A DNA stretch of 64,000 nucleotides from Lachnospiraceae bacterium (GTDB lineage: Bacteria > Bacillota > Clostridia > Lachnospirales > Lachnospiraceae), in the NCBI GenBank assembly GCA_030538915.1, contig JAUNTC010000001.1:9256-73255 (forward strand), in the 5' to 3' direction. This document shows positions 1 to 10,742 of the stretch, piece after piece. The notes below the pieces were generated by a model. It was not told the DNA's origin, made no database searches, and saw only the letters and a program-made list of their open reading frames with translations. The translations under genes were made by a program, and so were the position numbers. Every line of letters begins with the position of its first letter. Position 1 is the first letter of the stretch.

Positions 1-307
1 CTACGATGATCTGTCCTTCTGAAACATACGGTTTCATATTGCGGGCTGTACCTCTTGTGAACTTAGACGGAACGGCAAGTACTAAAAAGTCTTTTCCTTT
101 GATCGCACTTTCCATATCTGAAGTAAAAGCCATATCTTCCGGCAGTTTTACACCCGGCAGTTTTGACTCATGCACTCTTTTTTCTGAGAGCATCTTTACT
201 TCTTCCTCACTGATCGACCATACCGTTACCTCATGTCCATTGGAATGAAGTAAAAGCGCCAGAGCAGTTCCCCAGCTTCCTGCTCCCATAATACCTACTT
301 TTGCCAT
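1..307 (-). CDS. gpsA: NAD(P)H-dependent glycerol-3-phosphate dehydrogenase (5' part; runs off the window)
   Basis: Not in ORF track. Manual translation MAKVGIMGAGSWGTALA (Rossmann GxGxxG); AGGAGGAGG RBS; follows der-plsY. Confidence 0.93.
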   Translation of the reverse strand, partial: MAKVGIMGAGSWGTALALLLHSNGHEVTVWSISEEEVKMLSEKRVHESKLPGVKLPEDMAFTSDMESAIKGKDFLVLAVPSKFTRGTARNMKPYVSEGQIIV

Positions 308-325
308 AATACCTCCTCCTAACAT

Positions 326-970
326 CTATTTATTTTTTCCGACACTGAGTTTATTCTCTGTACCGTTTAACAAACGTTTAATATTCGCTTTATGCTTATA
401 AAATGCAGAAATCATCAACAATGCTGCAATCACGTACATCTCGATCAAAGGGCCACCGGAAACACCAAAACCACCCATCTGTCCATACACAATAATCTCA
501 ATGAGATAAATCACAACGAGTGTCAATGAACCTAAAGAAACATATCTGGTCACTGCTACAATCACCAAAAATGTTCCAATGCAAATGAGTGACATCCACA
601 CATTCGTAGTGCTTATCAAAAGTCCTGCCGTAGCTGCAATCCCTTTCCCACCTTTAAAATGCATGTAAAACGGATAATTATGTCCTAAAACCGCACCCAT
701 TCCTGCATACATTGCCAAAACCGGCATAATGTCTGCATGGCTCTTTGCAAAAATAAGACGCACAAGCGCAACTGCCAATATACACTTAAAGCAGTCTCCT
801 ACGAATGTAATAAATCCGGCTTTCCATCCCATTGTACGAAGCGCATTCGTAGTGCCGGCGTTGCCGCTTCCTTTCTTACGAATGTCTACATGGTGTACTT
901 TTCCATAAAGATAACCGGTCTGAAACAATCCAAATATATACCCAATGATCAAACAAATGACGCGTTCCAT
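326..970 (-). CDS. plsY: Glycerol-3-phosphate acyltransferase PlsY
   Basis: GSGNAGTTN, GHNYP and FKGGKG motifs; membrane protein; der-plsY-gpsA synteny. Confidence 0.95.
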   Translation of the reverse strand: MERVICLIIGYIFGLFQTGYLYGKVHHVDIRKKGSGNAGTTNALRTMGWKAGFITFVGDCFKCILAVALVRLIFAKSHADIMPVLAMYAGMGAVLGHNYPFYMHFKGGKGIAATAGLLISTTNVWMSLICIGTFLVIVAVTRYVSLGSLTLVVIYLIEIIVYGQMGGFGVSGGPLIEMYVIAALLMISAFYKHKANIKRLLNGTENKLSVGKNK

Positions 971-972
971 AG

Positions 973-2301
973 TTAACGATCCTTCTCCTTTCGCTCACGG
1001 ATAAAGAACTTTAAGGAAGTTCCTTTAAATCCAAATGCTTCTCGAATCTTATTTTCAAGGTATCTGGTATATGAAAAATGCATTAATTCCTTGTCATTGA
1101 CAAAGATTACAAAACTCGGCGGTTTCACCGCAACCTGTGTAATATAGTAAAGCTTTAAGCGCTTTCCTTTATCTGACGGCGGCTGCTGCATAGCTACTGC
1201 CTCTGACATGATCTCATTAAGTACTCCGGTAGCAACACGAAGTGTCTGGTTTTCGATTACCATATCAATCATATCAAAAAGCTTCGGAAGTCTCTGTCCT
1301 GTCTTGGCAGACACATACATAATCTCTGCGTAAGGCATGAAGGAAAGGACTCTGCGCACTTCATTCTCATATTCACGCATTGTCTTATCATTTTTCTCAA
1401 TCGCATCCCACTTGTTGACTACGATAATGATTCCTTTTCCACGCTCATGCGCGATTCCGGCGATCTTCGCATCCTGCTCTGTAACGCCTTCTGCCGCATC
1501 AATAACGATAAGCACCACATCTGCACGCTCCACCGCTGTTACTGTACGGATAATACTATAGCGTTCCAGCTCTTCTTTGATCTTGTTCTTTCTACGAAGT
1601 CCGGCTGTATCGATGAAAACATATTCTCTTCCATTATGGATAATATCCGTATCGATGGCATCTCTCGTTGTACCGGCAATATTCGATACGATCACGCGAT
1701 CCTCTCCGACCAGTTTATTAATAATAGAGGATTTTCCTACATTCGGTTTACCTACGATCGCAATTCTAGGACGCTCATCTTCCTCCGACTCTTCATTGCT
1801 TTCCGGAAAATGCTCGATCACAGCGTCAAGCATATCTCCGATACCAAGACGGGAAGAAGCAGAAACCGGATGCGGATCTCCAATACCCAAATTATAAAAT
1901 TCATAGACGTCCGGCATAAACTTCTGGAAGCTGTCAACTTTATTAACAACCAGAACAACCGGTTTTCCAGATCTTCTAAGCATGTCAGCTACCTTTGAAT
2001 CTGCGTCCACAAGCCCCTGTCTTACGTCTGTGATAAATACGATCACATCTGCAGTATCGATTGCGATCTGCGCCTGCTCTCTCATCTGAGAAATAATAAT
2101 ATCTTTGCTCTCCGGCTCAATACCACCGGTATCGATCAACGTAAAATCTCTGTCAAGCCAGCTGGTATCTGCATAGATTCGATCTCTTGTCACTCCAGGA
2201 GTATCTTTAACGATCGAGATCTTCTCTCCCGCCAGCACATTGAAAAGCGTTGACTTTCCTACATTTGGCCTTCCTACGATGGCCACTACTGGTTTACTCA
2301 T
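973..2301 (-). CDS. der: Ribosome biogenesis GTPase Der/EngA
   Basis: Two G domains ([16 protein letters not shown]; DTGG/DTAG; NKVD/NKWD). Confidence 0.98.
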   Translation of the reverse strand: MSKPVVAIVGRPNVGKSTLFNVLAGEKISIVKDTPGVTRDRIYADTSWLDRDFTLIDTGGIEPESKDIIISQMREQAQIAIDTADVIVFITDVRQGLVDADSKVADMLRRSGKPVVLVVNKVDSFQKFMPDVYEFYNLGIGDPHPVSASSRLGIGDMLDAVIEHFPESNEESEEDERPRIAIVGKPNVGKSSIINKLVGEDRVIVSNIAGTTRDAIDTDIIHNGREYVFIDTAGLRRKNKIKEELERYSIIRTVTAVERADVVLIVIDAAEGVTEQDAKIAGIAHERGKGIIIVVNKWDAIEKNDKTMREYENEVRRVLSFMPYAEIMYVSAKTGQRLPKLFDMIDMVIENQTLRVATGVLNEIMSEAVAMQQPPSDKGKRLKLYYITQVAVKPPSFVIFVNDKELMHFSYTRYLENKIREAFGFKGTSLKFFIRERKEKDR

Positions 2302-2329
2302 ATTCTATCTCCTATACTAAATCTTGTTA

Positions 2330-3652
2330 TCAGTTCTCTTTTTCGACTTGCAAAATTGCTTCAATAAAATCTTGTCCGCTTGATTTTACAATATCTGTCT
2401 CTACTTGTAAAGCATCTTCTACCTGTTCTCTCGTCATATCATCCAGAAAATCCTGTTCCTGGGTCCGCACCATATTACATGGTAGCAAAAGACGATTTCC
2501 TAATGGTCTTCCCTTAAGCTGTCCAACAAGGTCCTGTCCGGTGATCAGACCGGAAACTGTGATCTTCTCTCCAAAAAAATCATTTTTGATTCCGTAAACA
2601 TGGATCTTCGTATTCGGATACTTTTCCTCCAGTCTTTCGGACATGCTTTTGATCAGTGGATAAGACAACAATCCGGTAGCTACAGAAACTTCACGTTCCT
2701 TATCGTCACCAGAAAGTGTATCGTATGCCTCTTTAAATTCATTCTGCAACAAACGCATCATGCCGACGCCATTTTCCAGCTGAAGATATCCATCGTAGCG
2801 TTCCTCTTCCGGAACCTCTTCCTCTGCCAGAATATACCACTCATCTCCTGCATGAATGAAATGATAGCCGTACTCATCATATGCTTTCTGCTGCCACTTA
2901 TGAATGATAGCCAGCACTTCCTTTGCATCTTCTTTTGTAAACGACTCCAGTGGATACAATCCTTCTCTATACTTTGTAAGCCCAACCGGAACGACGGACA
3001 CACTTTGAAGGCATGGAAGATAGTTCATCATATCACGTATACTTCTTTCCAGTTCTTCTCCGTCATTCACACCCTTGCAGAGCACGATCTGACCGTTCAT
3101 TGTAATTCCGCCTTCATACAAACGATCGATCTTCTTAAGCGCCTCGCCTGCAAATCGGTTGTGCAGCATCTTGCAGCGAAGCTCCGGATTCGTTGTATGA
3201 AAAGATATGTTGATTGGCTCTAAATGGTACCGCACAATACGATCCACATCGTAATCACTCATATTTGTCAACGTAATATAATTTCCCTGCAGAAACGAAA
3301 GTCTGGAATCATCATCTTTGAAATACAATGTTTCGCGCATTCCCTTTGGCATCTGATCTATAAAACAAAACATGCATTTGTTACGACAAGAACGATACTC
3401 ATCCATAAGACCCTGACCAAATTCAATTCCCAGATCATCCTCATAATCCTTCTCGATCTCAAGCTCCCACTGTTCCCCATCTGGTTTCTCGATCAAAACA
3501 TTCAGATAATCATCATTTACAAGAAAATGATAATCAAACACATCCCCAATCTCTTGTCCATTAATGGAGAGCAGGCGGTCCCCCTTTTCGATTTCCAATT
3601 CTTCCGCTATGCTTCCCGGAAGCACTCTATCAATAATATGTACATGCTTCAT
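2330..3652 (-). CDS. PDZ-like/radical-SAM Fe-S protein (DUF512 type)
   Basis: N-terminal PDZ-like segment; CRNKCMFC CxxxCxxC; QLENGVG; usual neighbour of der. Confidence 0.85.
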   Translation of the reverse strand: MKHVHIIDRVLPGSIAEELEIEKGDRLLSINGQEIGDVFDYHFLVNDDYLNVLIEKPDGEQWELEIEKDYEDDLGIEFGQGLMDEYRSCRNKCMFCFIDQMPKGMRETLYFKDDDSRLSFLQGNYITLTNMSDYDVDRIVRYHLEPINISFHTTNPELRCKMLHNRFAGEALKKIDRLYEGGITMNGQIVLCKGVNDGEELERSIRDMMNYLPCLQSVSVVPVGLTKYREGLYPLESFTKEDAKEVLAIIHKWQQKAYDEYGYHFIHAGDEWYILAEEEVPEEERYDGYLQLENGVGMMRLLQNEFKEAYDTLSGDDKEREVSVATGLLSYPLIKSMSERLEEKYPNTKIHVYGIKNDFFGEKITVSGLITGQDLVGQLKGRPLGNRLLLPCNMVRTQEQDFLDDMTREQVEDALQVETDIVKSSGQDFIEAILQVEKEN

Positions 3653-3684
3653 ATATGCCTGTTTCCTTTCTCTTTAACTATATT

Positions 3685-3713
3685 ATTATAACTTACATAG
3701 CGCAAATTGACAA
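3685..3713 (-). promoter_or_regulatory. Sigma-A promoter of the radical-SAM/der/plsY/gpsA operon
   Basis: TTGTCA-17 nt-TATAAT on minus strand. Confidence 0.65.
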
Positions 3714-3809
3714 GAACATCAAAATAGTCGGTCAGAAAGATTGACCTTTCCCTATAAATAGTGCTATAAATAAATAAGACCTATAAAATAATTTAGTTAG
3801 GAGATTGTT

Positions 3810-5003
3810 ATGCCAAACATAAAATTAATGGAATCCTCTTTACCAGTAGCGCCTCTTAAAATTGCCGCACTGGAAAGTTGTAGCGATCTTGGCAAGAAGG
3901 TAAATGATTATATTGTATCTTTTCGCCAGAATGCACTCACGGAGAATCATACTTCTCCACTGTATCGTGCGTACAGCACAGATAACTATCTGATCGGTTG
4001 CGATTGTCCTCGTTTTGGAAGCGGAGAAGCCAAAGGACTGTTGGGAGAGTCCATCCGTGGAAAAGACCTTTTCGTAATGGTCGATGTATGTAATTACAGT
4101 TTAACTTACACAGTGAACGGACACTTGAACCACATGTCTCCGGATGACCATTACCAGGATCTGAAACGTATCATTTCCGCTGCAAATGGTAAAGCACACC
4201 GCGTAAATGTTATTATGCCATTCCTTTACGAAAGCAGACAACACAAGCGTACAAAGAGAGAATCTTTAGACTGTGCACTTGCATTGCAAGAGCTTGTAGA
4301 TATGGGAGTCAACAATATTATCACATTTGATGCCCACGATCCACGTGTACAGAATTCAATCCCGTTACATGGATTTGATAACTTCAATCCACCGTATCAG
4401 TTTATGAAAGCACTTCTTCATGCAGAACCGGATCTTCTTGTGGACAAAGAGCATTTGATGATCATAAGCCCGGATGAAGGCGCTATGCACCGTGCAGTAT
4501 ATTTTTCAAATGTACTTGGTGTGGACATGGGTGTGTTCTACAAACGTCGCGATTATTCTACGATCGTCAATGGTAAAAATCCGATCGTAGCTCACGAATT
4601 CCTTGGCACTGACCTGAAGGGCAAAAATGTTATCATCATTGATGATATGATCTCTTCCGGTGAAAGTATGTTAGATGTTGCAAAACAGATCAAGGATCGT
4701 GGTGCAGCCCGCGTATTTGTATGCACCACTTTCGGATTATTCACAGACGGATTTGATAAGTTTGATGAATATTATGAGGCAGGATATATTGACCGTGTCA
4801 TCACAACAAACCTTACTTACCTTCCGGAAGTAGTAAAAGAAAAACCTTATTTTGTAGTCGCAGACATGAGCAAATTTATTGCACTGATCATTGATTCCTT
4901 CAATCATGATATTACAATGAGCTCTGTTTTAGTTCCGACAGATAAGATTCATAAACTTTTAGATAAACACAAAGCAGATCTTGCAGCAAGACACATCATT
5001 TAA
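3810..5003 (+). CDS. prs: Ribose-phosphate pyrophosphokinase (long clostridial form)
   Basis: RFGSGEA, YESRQ, DAHDP, SPDEGA and IIIDDMISSGES PRPP-binding motifs. Confidence 0.92.
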   Translation: MPNIKLMESSLPVAPLKIAALESCSDLGKKVNDYIVSFRQNALTENHTSPLYRAYSTDNYLIGCDCPRFGSGEAKGLLGESIRGKDLFVMVDVCNYSLTYTVNGHLNHMSPDDHYQDLKRIISAANGKAHRVNVIMPFLYESRQHKRTKRESLDCALALQELVDMGVNNIITFDAHDPRVQNSIPLHGFDNFNPPYQFMKALLHAEPDLLVDKEHLMIISPDEGAMHRAVYFSNVLGVDMGVFYKRRDYSTIVNGKNPIVAHEFLGTDLKGKNVIIIDDMISSGESMLDVAKQIKDRGAARVFVCTTFGLFTDGFDKFDEYYEAGYIDRVITTNLTYLPEVVKEKPYFVVADMSKFIALIIDSFNHDITMSSVLVPTDKIHKLLDKHKADLAARHII

Positions 5004-5015
5004 TTTCATTGTTTT

Positions 5016-5066
5016 AAAAAACGCTGTTTCATACCAGTCACCTGATACGAAACAGCGTTTCTTTTT
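5016..5066. terminator. Bidirectional intrinsic terminator
   Basis: AAACGCTGTTTC...GAAACAGCGTTT inverted repeat flanked by A and T runs between convergent genes. Confidence 0.8.
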
Positions 5067-5079
5067 GCTTTTATTTTCT

Positions 5080-6573
5080 TTAATCTTCTTTGTCTTTTGC
5101 AGCCTCTTCTTTGGCACGTTCTACTGTACGATCTGTGAAATCACAATACTTCACGCCGCTCTCTAATTTCATACCTTTTGCCTCTGCCATCTCGGAAACT
5201 GTAACAAGCTGATACCCTTCTTTCTCAAGCATCGGGATCAATTTCAATGCTGCATCGACACTTTCTGTATGAATGTCATGCATCAAGATCACATCTCCAT
5301 CACCGACATTGTTCATAACTGTCTCAATTGTCTTCTTTGCATTTCTCGTCTTCCAGTCCAGTGTATCAATGTTCCAAAGGATCATTGGCATCTTGACCTT
5401 TTCATGCATGACACCACCGATTGCTCCGTATGGCGGACGAAGAACTGTTGCGCCTCTTCCTACAACATCTTTGATCAATTCGTTCGTTTTCTGGACCTGA
5501 CCTTTCAATCCCTTCTCATCCAATGTAGCAAGATTTGCATGATTATAAGAATGATTTCCTAATTCACAGCCAATCTCCTGCATCTTCTTAAGAGCATCTT
5601 TATGAGCAGATACGTTCTGTCCAACCATAAAGAATGTTGCATGCGCATTATATTTTTCAAGTTTTTTCAAAAGCTCAACTGTACGTGGTCCCGGTCCATC
5701 ATCAAATGTAAGTGCGACCATCGGCTTCTTCGGATCTACAGATCCAGCTTTTTTAGAAACAAGCTTTCCGTTTTTATCAAATTTGCACTTGGACAATCCG
5801 ATATTCACTTCACCTGTAACCATCTTACCGTCAGACTCAAAATAATACGTAGTTTTACCGATCTTCTGCCAGCCTGTCACTGCTCCGCCGGATTTCGCCA
5901 TGTAATATTTGTCAGCTCCACGTTTCTGCCAACCGGTCTGCATAATTCCTTTTTTGTTAAAGTAATGGGTTGTGCTGTTGATCGTATGCCAGCCTGTTGC
6001 CATATTACCCTTGCTGTCAAAGTAATAAGGCTGTCCCTTAGATACAACAAACTCATCTTTTACGTAAGAACCATCATAACGTTTAAATTTCTTTCCATCC
6101 CATGTTCCGACTTTATTCTTAACACGTACTTTTCCGTTTTTAACAGTAAGATCGACTTTTTTCTTCCAGTCATCATCCAGTTTTTTCTGTAAAGATGGAT
6201 TTAACTTGATCGTTGCCTTGTAGCTTCCCTCTGTCTTTGGATCTACTTTACAGATGATCTTATATCCTTTTCCGTTCTTCAGATCTTTAATAAACTCTTT
6301 TGACGTATACTTACTTTTCTTATCAAGCTTCGGACCATCATCCTTCTCAACTTTGACAGATGCTTTCAGCTCCGGCACATTCTCTTCCTGTAAGATCGCC
6401 ACATTATCAAACTGCAAGGTCAATACTACTTTTTTACGTAATACGCCTGCCAGTACATATGCTAAAATCAGTACAATACAAACCGCCGCAACTGCAATAA
6501 GCTTCCACATTGCCTGGTTTCTCTTTTTTCTTCTTTCATGCATCTTTATTCCATTTTGTCTTGTACTGCCCAT
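5080..6573 (-). CDS. Membrane-anchored CE4 polysaccharide (peptidoglycan) deacetylase with cell-wall-binding repeats
   Basis: N-terminal TM helix; several TGW/YYF repeats; NodB motifs TFDDGP, HSYNH, RPPYG, DTLDW, LMHD. Confidence 0.9.
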   Translation of the reverse strand: MGSTRQNGIKMHERRKKRNQAMWKLIAVAAVCIVLILAYVLAGVLRKKVVLTLQFDNVAILQEENVPELKASVKVEKDDGPKLDKKSKYTSKEFIKDLKNGKGYKIICKVDPKTEGSYKATIKLNPSLQKKLDDDWKKKVDLTVKNGKVRVKNKVGTWDGKKFKRYDGSYVKDEFVVSKGQPYYFDSKGNMATGWHTINSTTHYFNKKGIMQTGWQKRGADKYYMAKSGGAVTGWQKIGKTTYYFESDGKMVTGEVNIGLSKCKFDKNGKLVSKKAGSVDPKKPMVALTFDDGPGPRTVELLKKLEKYNAHATFFMVGQNVSAHKDALKKMQEIGCELGNHSYNHANLATLDEKGLKGQVQKTNELIKDVVGRGATVLRPPYGAIGGVMHEKVKMPMILWNIDTLDWKTRNAKKTIETVMNNVGDGDVILMHDIHTESVDAALKLIPMLEKEGYQLVTVSEMAEAKGMKLESGVKYCDFTDRTVERAKEEAAKDKED

Positions 6574-6689
6574 GTTATCTCCCTCTCATCTTATAATTAT
6601 CTTCATCACCAACTTAGTATACTATCCTTCTCGCTAATAAGCAACGAAAGTATCATTACTTTTTTATTAAGAATATTTTAAGATTGTTA

Positions 6690-6731
6690 CAAAAAATCTC
6701 AGATTCTCATTAAAAATGAAAACCTGAGATT
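6690..6731 (-). terminator. Intrinsic terminator after serA
   Basis: Imperfect inverted repeat AATCTCAG...CTGAGATT with U-tract on minus strand. Confidence 0.65.
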
Positions 6732-6758
6732 CCACGCTTATTTATCAGACACACCTTG

Positions 6759-7922
6759 CTATCCAAGCACACGAACGCGAAGTACATCACCTACACTCTT
6801 TAATTCTTCCACTACATTTTCCGGAAGCGGAGAATCAATATCGATCATCGTATAAGCGTATTTTCCTTTACTTTTATTCGTAAGATCTGCAATGTTGATG
6901 TTATCCTTCGCCAATATTGTTGTAAACTGTCCGATCATATTCGGAATGTTGTGGTGAAGGAGTACAAGTCTTGTATTATCGTTGCGTCTTCCCATGTCGC
7001 AATCCGGATAATTTACAGAATTTTTAATATTTCCATTTTCCAGATAATTACGTAACTGTTTTGCTGCCATGACTGCACAGTTATCTTCTGCTTCTTCAGT
7101 GGAAGCACCTAGATGTGGGATTACAATCGCTCCTTTAACGCCTGTGATAGCAGGTGTCGGGAAATCAGTCACGTAATGTTTAACATGTCCGGATACGAGA
7201 GCATCAACCATAGCCTCTTCTTATACAAGCACATCTCTTGCAAAATTGAGAACGACTACACCATCCTTCATAAGACTGATTGCATTTTTATCGATCATCC
7301 CTTTTGTACTATCTAAAGCTGGTACATGGATCGTAATGTAATCACAGTCATTATATATTTCATCGACCGTCTTTGCATGATGAATGCTTCTTGAAAGTCT
7401 CCATGCAGAATCTACGGAAACATACGGATCATATCCATACACATCCATACCAAGATGGGTTGCTGCATTGGCAACTAACACTCCGATCGCGCCAAGTCCG
7501 ATCACACCAAGCTTCTTTCCTTCTAACTCACAGCCTGCAAACGCTTTCTTCGCCTTTTCTGCATCTTTTGCAATATTGCCGTCTTCTTCGTTTTCCTGCA
7601 CCCAGTTAATACCACCGATAATGTCTCTGGATGCAAGGAGCATACCTGCAAGCACAAGCTCTTTTACACCATTTGCATTGGCTCCCGGTGTGTTAAATAC
7701 AACGATACCTTCCTCGGCACAGCGATCCAGTGGAATGTTATTAACACCGGCTCCGGCTCTTGCAATTGCTTTTAACTCTTTAGAGAATTCCATATCATGC
7801 ATTTTCGTACTTCTTACTAAAATTGCATCTGCGTCATTCACTTCATTTACAGCTGCATATTTGTCGTTTAATTGATCCAGTCCCACGGAAGAGATTGGAT
7901 TCAGGCAATGATATTTATACAT
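6759..7922 (-). pseudogene. serA: D-3-phosphoglycerate dehydrogenase with C-terminal ACT domain, interrupted by an in-frame TAA at 7221-7223
   Basis: ORFs 7221..7961 and 6759..7211 share one frame: NFARDVLV*EEAMVDAL; GLGAIG, PHLGASTEEA, ACT domain; directly after serC. Confidence 0.85.
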
Positions 7923-7923
7923 A

Positions 7924-9006
7924 TTACAAGTTCTCCTTTTCGAATTTTCGCATAAATGCAACTAATGCTTCCACACCTTCGATCGGCATCGCATTGTAAA
8001 TGCTTGCTCGCATTCCACCAACCGTTCTGTGTCCTTTTAAATTCTCAAATCCGGCTTCTTTTGCTTCTTTGACAAATTTGGCATCCAACTCTTCGTTTCC
8101 TGTTACAAACGGAACATTCATCAAAGAACGGTCTTCTTTGACAACCGTTCCTTTAAAGAGTTTACTCTCATCAAGATAATCGTAAAGGATCTTTGCCTTC
8201 TTTTCATTTTTCTCTTTCATAGCAGATAAACCGCCCTGTTTTTTCAGCCATTTAAATACTTTCCCGCAAATGTAGATTCCATAAGCCGGTGGTGTATTGT
8301 AAAGAGAATTTGCATCTGCATGTGTCTTATAAGTAAGCATCGTCGGCGTTCCCGGCAACACATCTTCACGGATCAGATCTTCTCTTATAATAACGATCAC
8401 TACACCGGCAGGTCCGATATTTTTCTGAACACCGCCGTAGATCACACCATATTTGCTTACGTCTACCGGCTCAGACAGGAAACAGGAGGATACGTCTGCT
8501 ACCAGTGTCTTACCTTTTGTATTCGGCAATGTCTTATATTTTGTTCCATAAATCGTATTATTTTCACAAATATATACATAATCTGCATTTTCAGAAATCG
8601 GAAGATCACTGCAATCCGGTATATAAGAAAATGTCTTGTCTGCGGAAGATGCTACGCGATTTACTTTTCCATATTTTTCTGCCTCTGCTGCTGCCTTTTT
8701 GGCCCACTGTCCTGTAATAATATAATCTGCCTCTTTATTCTTCATGAGGTTCATAGGGATCATAGCGAACTGCTGGGATGCTCCTCCCTGTAAGAAAAGC
8801 ACCTTGTAATTATCCGGAATACCCATAAGCTCCCTGATATCTGCCTCAGCAGTTTCGATGATCTCCTGGTACGACTTTGAGCGGTGACTCATTTCCATTA
8901 CCGACATGCCGCTACCATTGTAGTCAAGCATCTCTGCTGCCGCTTCTTTTAATACTTCCTCCGGCAATACGGCCGGCCCTGCTGAAAAATTATACACTCT
9001 GCTCAT
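7924..9006 (-). CDS. serC: Phosphoserine aminotransferase
   Basis: YNFSAGPA, SHRS, QKNIGPAG, GHRTVGGMRASIYNA; start chosen by RBS spacing. Confidence 0.97.
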   Translation of the reverse strand: MSRVYNFSAGPAVLPEEVLKEAAAEMLDYNGSGMSVMEMSHRSKSYQEIIETAEADIRELMGIPDNYKVLFLQGGASQQFAMIPMNLMKNKEADYIITGQWAKKAAAEAEKYGKVNRVASSADKTFSYIPDCSDLPISENADYVYICENNTIYGTKYKTLPNTKGKTLVADVSSCFLSEPVDVSKYGVIYGGVQKNIGPAGVVIVIIREDLIREDVLPGTPTMLTYKTHADANSLYNTPPAYGIYICGKVFKWLKKQGGLSAMKEKNEKKAKILYDYLDESKLFKGTVVKEDRSLMNVPFVTGNEELDAKFVKEAKEAGFENLKGHRTVGGMRASIYNAMPIEGVEALVAFMRKFEKENL

Positions 9007-9034
9007 TGTCATTTCCTCCTCGTTGTCTCTGTTA

Positions 9035-10714
9035 CTATGATGTTGCTTTCACGTCATTCTCATCAAATGCTTCGCTGATCGCAGCTCCCGGAGCTACCAT
9101 CGGCCATACTTTGTCATCCTGATCGATCTGACAATCGATCACATATGGCTCTCCTGATGCAAGTGCATCTTTGAATGCTGCTTTGAATTCTTCCTGTGTC
9201 GTGGCACGCACAGCTTTTGCGCCCATCGCTTCTGAAAGCTTCACAAAATCGACGGCGTCATTTAATACTGTTGCAGAATAACGCTGTTCGTAAAACAGAT
9301 TCTGCCACTGGCGTACCATGCCGAGCACATGGTTATTTATTACAACCTGAATCACCGGGATGTTATGGCGAGTCGCTGTTGCGATCTCATTCATATTCAT
9401 ACGGAAGCATCCATCTCCCGCAATATTTACAACCGTCTTATCCGGTCGTCCCGTTTTTGCTCCAAGGGCTGCTCCGAGTCCATAACCCATTGTTCCAAGT
9501 CCACCGGATGTAAGCAGTGTTCTTGGCTTTTTATATTTATAATACTGGGCTGCCCACATCTGATGCTGACCAACCTCTGTAGAAATGATTGCATCTCCCT
9601 TTGTCTGGCGATAGATCTCTTCTACTACAAATGGACCACACAGCGCATCTTTATGATAAGTAAGTGGATACGCCTCTTTGTATTCCATAATTTTTTTCAT
9701 CCATTCCGGATGGCTCTGCTGATCTAATCTTTCATTTAACTTCTCAAGGATGACTTTAATATCACCAACCACTCCTTCTGTGATCAGCACATTTTTATTC
9801 ATCTCTGCCGCATCGACATCAAGCTGTAAAATTTTTGCATTCTTTGCAAATTTTTTCGTATTTCCAGTAACACGGTCACTGAATCTTGCACCAACTACGA
9901 TCAGTAGATCGCATTCACTTACACCAAAGTTTGATGTCTTCGTTCCGTGCATACCAAGCATTCCTGTGTATGCCGGATCATCTCCCGGAAAAGCTCCTTT
10001 TCCCATAAGCGAATCTGTAACAGGTGCGTCTACTTTTTTTGCAAATGTATATAATTCTTCACTTGCATCAGAAAGAACCGCTCCTCCACCGACAAATATA
10101 TATGGTCTCTTTGCCTTTTTAATAAGCTTTAATGCTTTTTCGATATCTTCCGTGCAAAGATCTCTCGATGGCTCTACCGGTTTGATCTCCTGTCTTTCAT
10201 AATCTGCTTTGTTTGCCGTCACATCTTTTGGAATATCAATAAGGACCGGACCCGGCCTTCCTCTTTTGGCAATAACAAACGCTTTACGTATCGTATCTGC
10301 AAGGTCATTTACATCTTTTACGATATAATTATGTTTTGTGATCGGCATCGTAATACCGGTAATATCGATTTCCTGAAAACTATCCTTTCCAAGAAGTGAT
10401 ACACCTACGTTACATGTAATTGCAACAACCGGAATTGAATCCATATATGCGGTTGCAATTCCTGTTACAAGGTTTGTTGCACCTGGTCCACTTGTTGCAA
10501 AACAGACGCCTACCTTACCGGTCGCTCTCGCATAACCATCTGCTGCGTGAGCAGCCCCCTGTTCATGGGAAGTTAAAATATGTGTGATCTCATCACTGTG
10601 TTTATATAATTCGTCATAGACATTTAAAATCGCTCCGCCCGGATAGCCAAAAACAGTATCCACACCCTGCTCTTTCAGACATTCGATGACGATTTCTGAT
10701 CCTGTTAACTGCAT
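9035..10714 (-). CDS. ilvB: Acetolactate synthase large subunit
   Basis: FGYPGG, TSGPGATN, GQHQMWAAQ and GDG...NN ThDP motif. Confidence 0.96.
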   Translation of the reverse strand: MQLTGSEIVIECLKEQGVDTVFGYPGGAILNVYDELYKHSDEITHILTSHEQGAAHAADGYARATGKVGVCFATSGPGATNLVTGIATAYMDSIPVVAITCNVGVSLLGKDSFQEIDITGITMPITKHNYIVKDVNDLADTIRKAFVIAKRGRPGPVLIDIPKDVTANKADYERQEIKPVEPSRDLCTEDIEKALKLIKKAKRPYIFVGGGAVLSDASEELYTFAKKVDAPVTDSLMGKGAFPGDDPAYTGMLGMHGTKTSNFGVSECDLLIVVGARFSDRVTGNTKKFAKNAKILQLDVDAAEMNKNVLITEGVVGDIKVILEKLNERLDQQSHPEWMKKIMEYKEAYPLTYHKDALCGPFVVEEIYRQTKGDAIISTEVGQHQMWAAQYYKYKKPRTLLTSGGLGTMGYGLGAALGAKTGRPDKTVVNIAGDGCFRMNMNEIATATRHNIPVIQVVINNHVLGMVRQWQNLFYEQRYSATVLNDAVDFVKLSEAMGAKAVRATTQEEFKAAFKDALASGEPYVIDCQIDQDDKVWPMVAPGAAISEAFDENDVKATS

Positions 10715-10742
10715 ACCTGTCTCTCCTGTTCAAATAGATTTT

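Noticed and set aside
5760-6100. Repetitive sequence as a possible CRISPR or tandem DNA repeat
   Set aside because: Degenerate protein-level cell-wall-binding repeats inside the deacetylase CDS; no identical repeat-spacer structure
7221-7223. Sec/Pyl recoding of the serA stop
   Set aside because: The codon is TAA, not TGA or TAG
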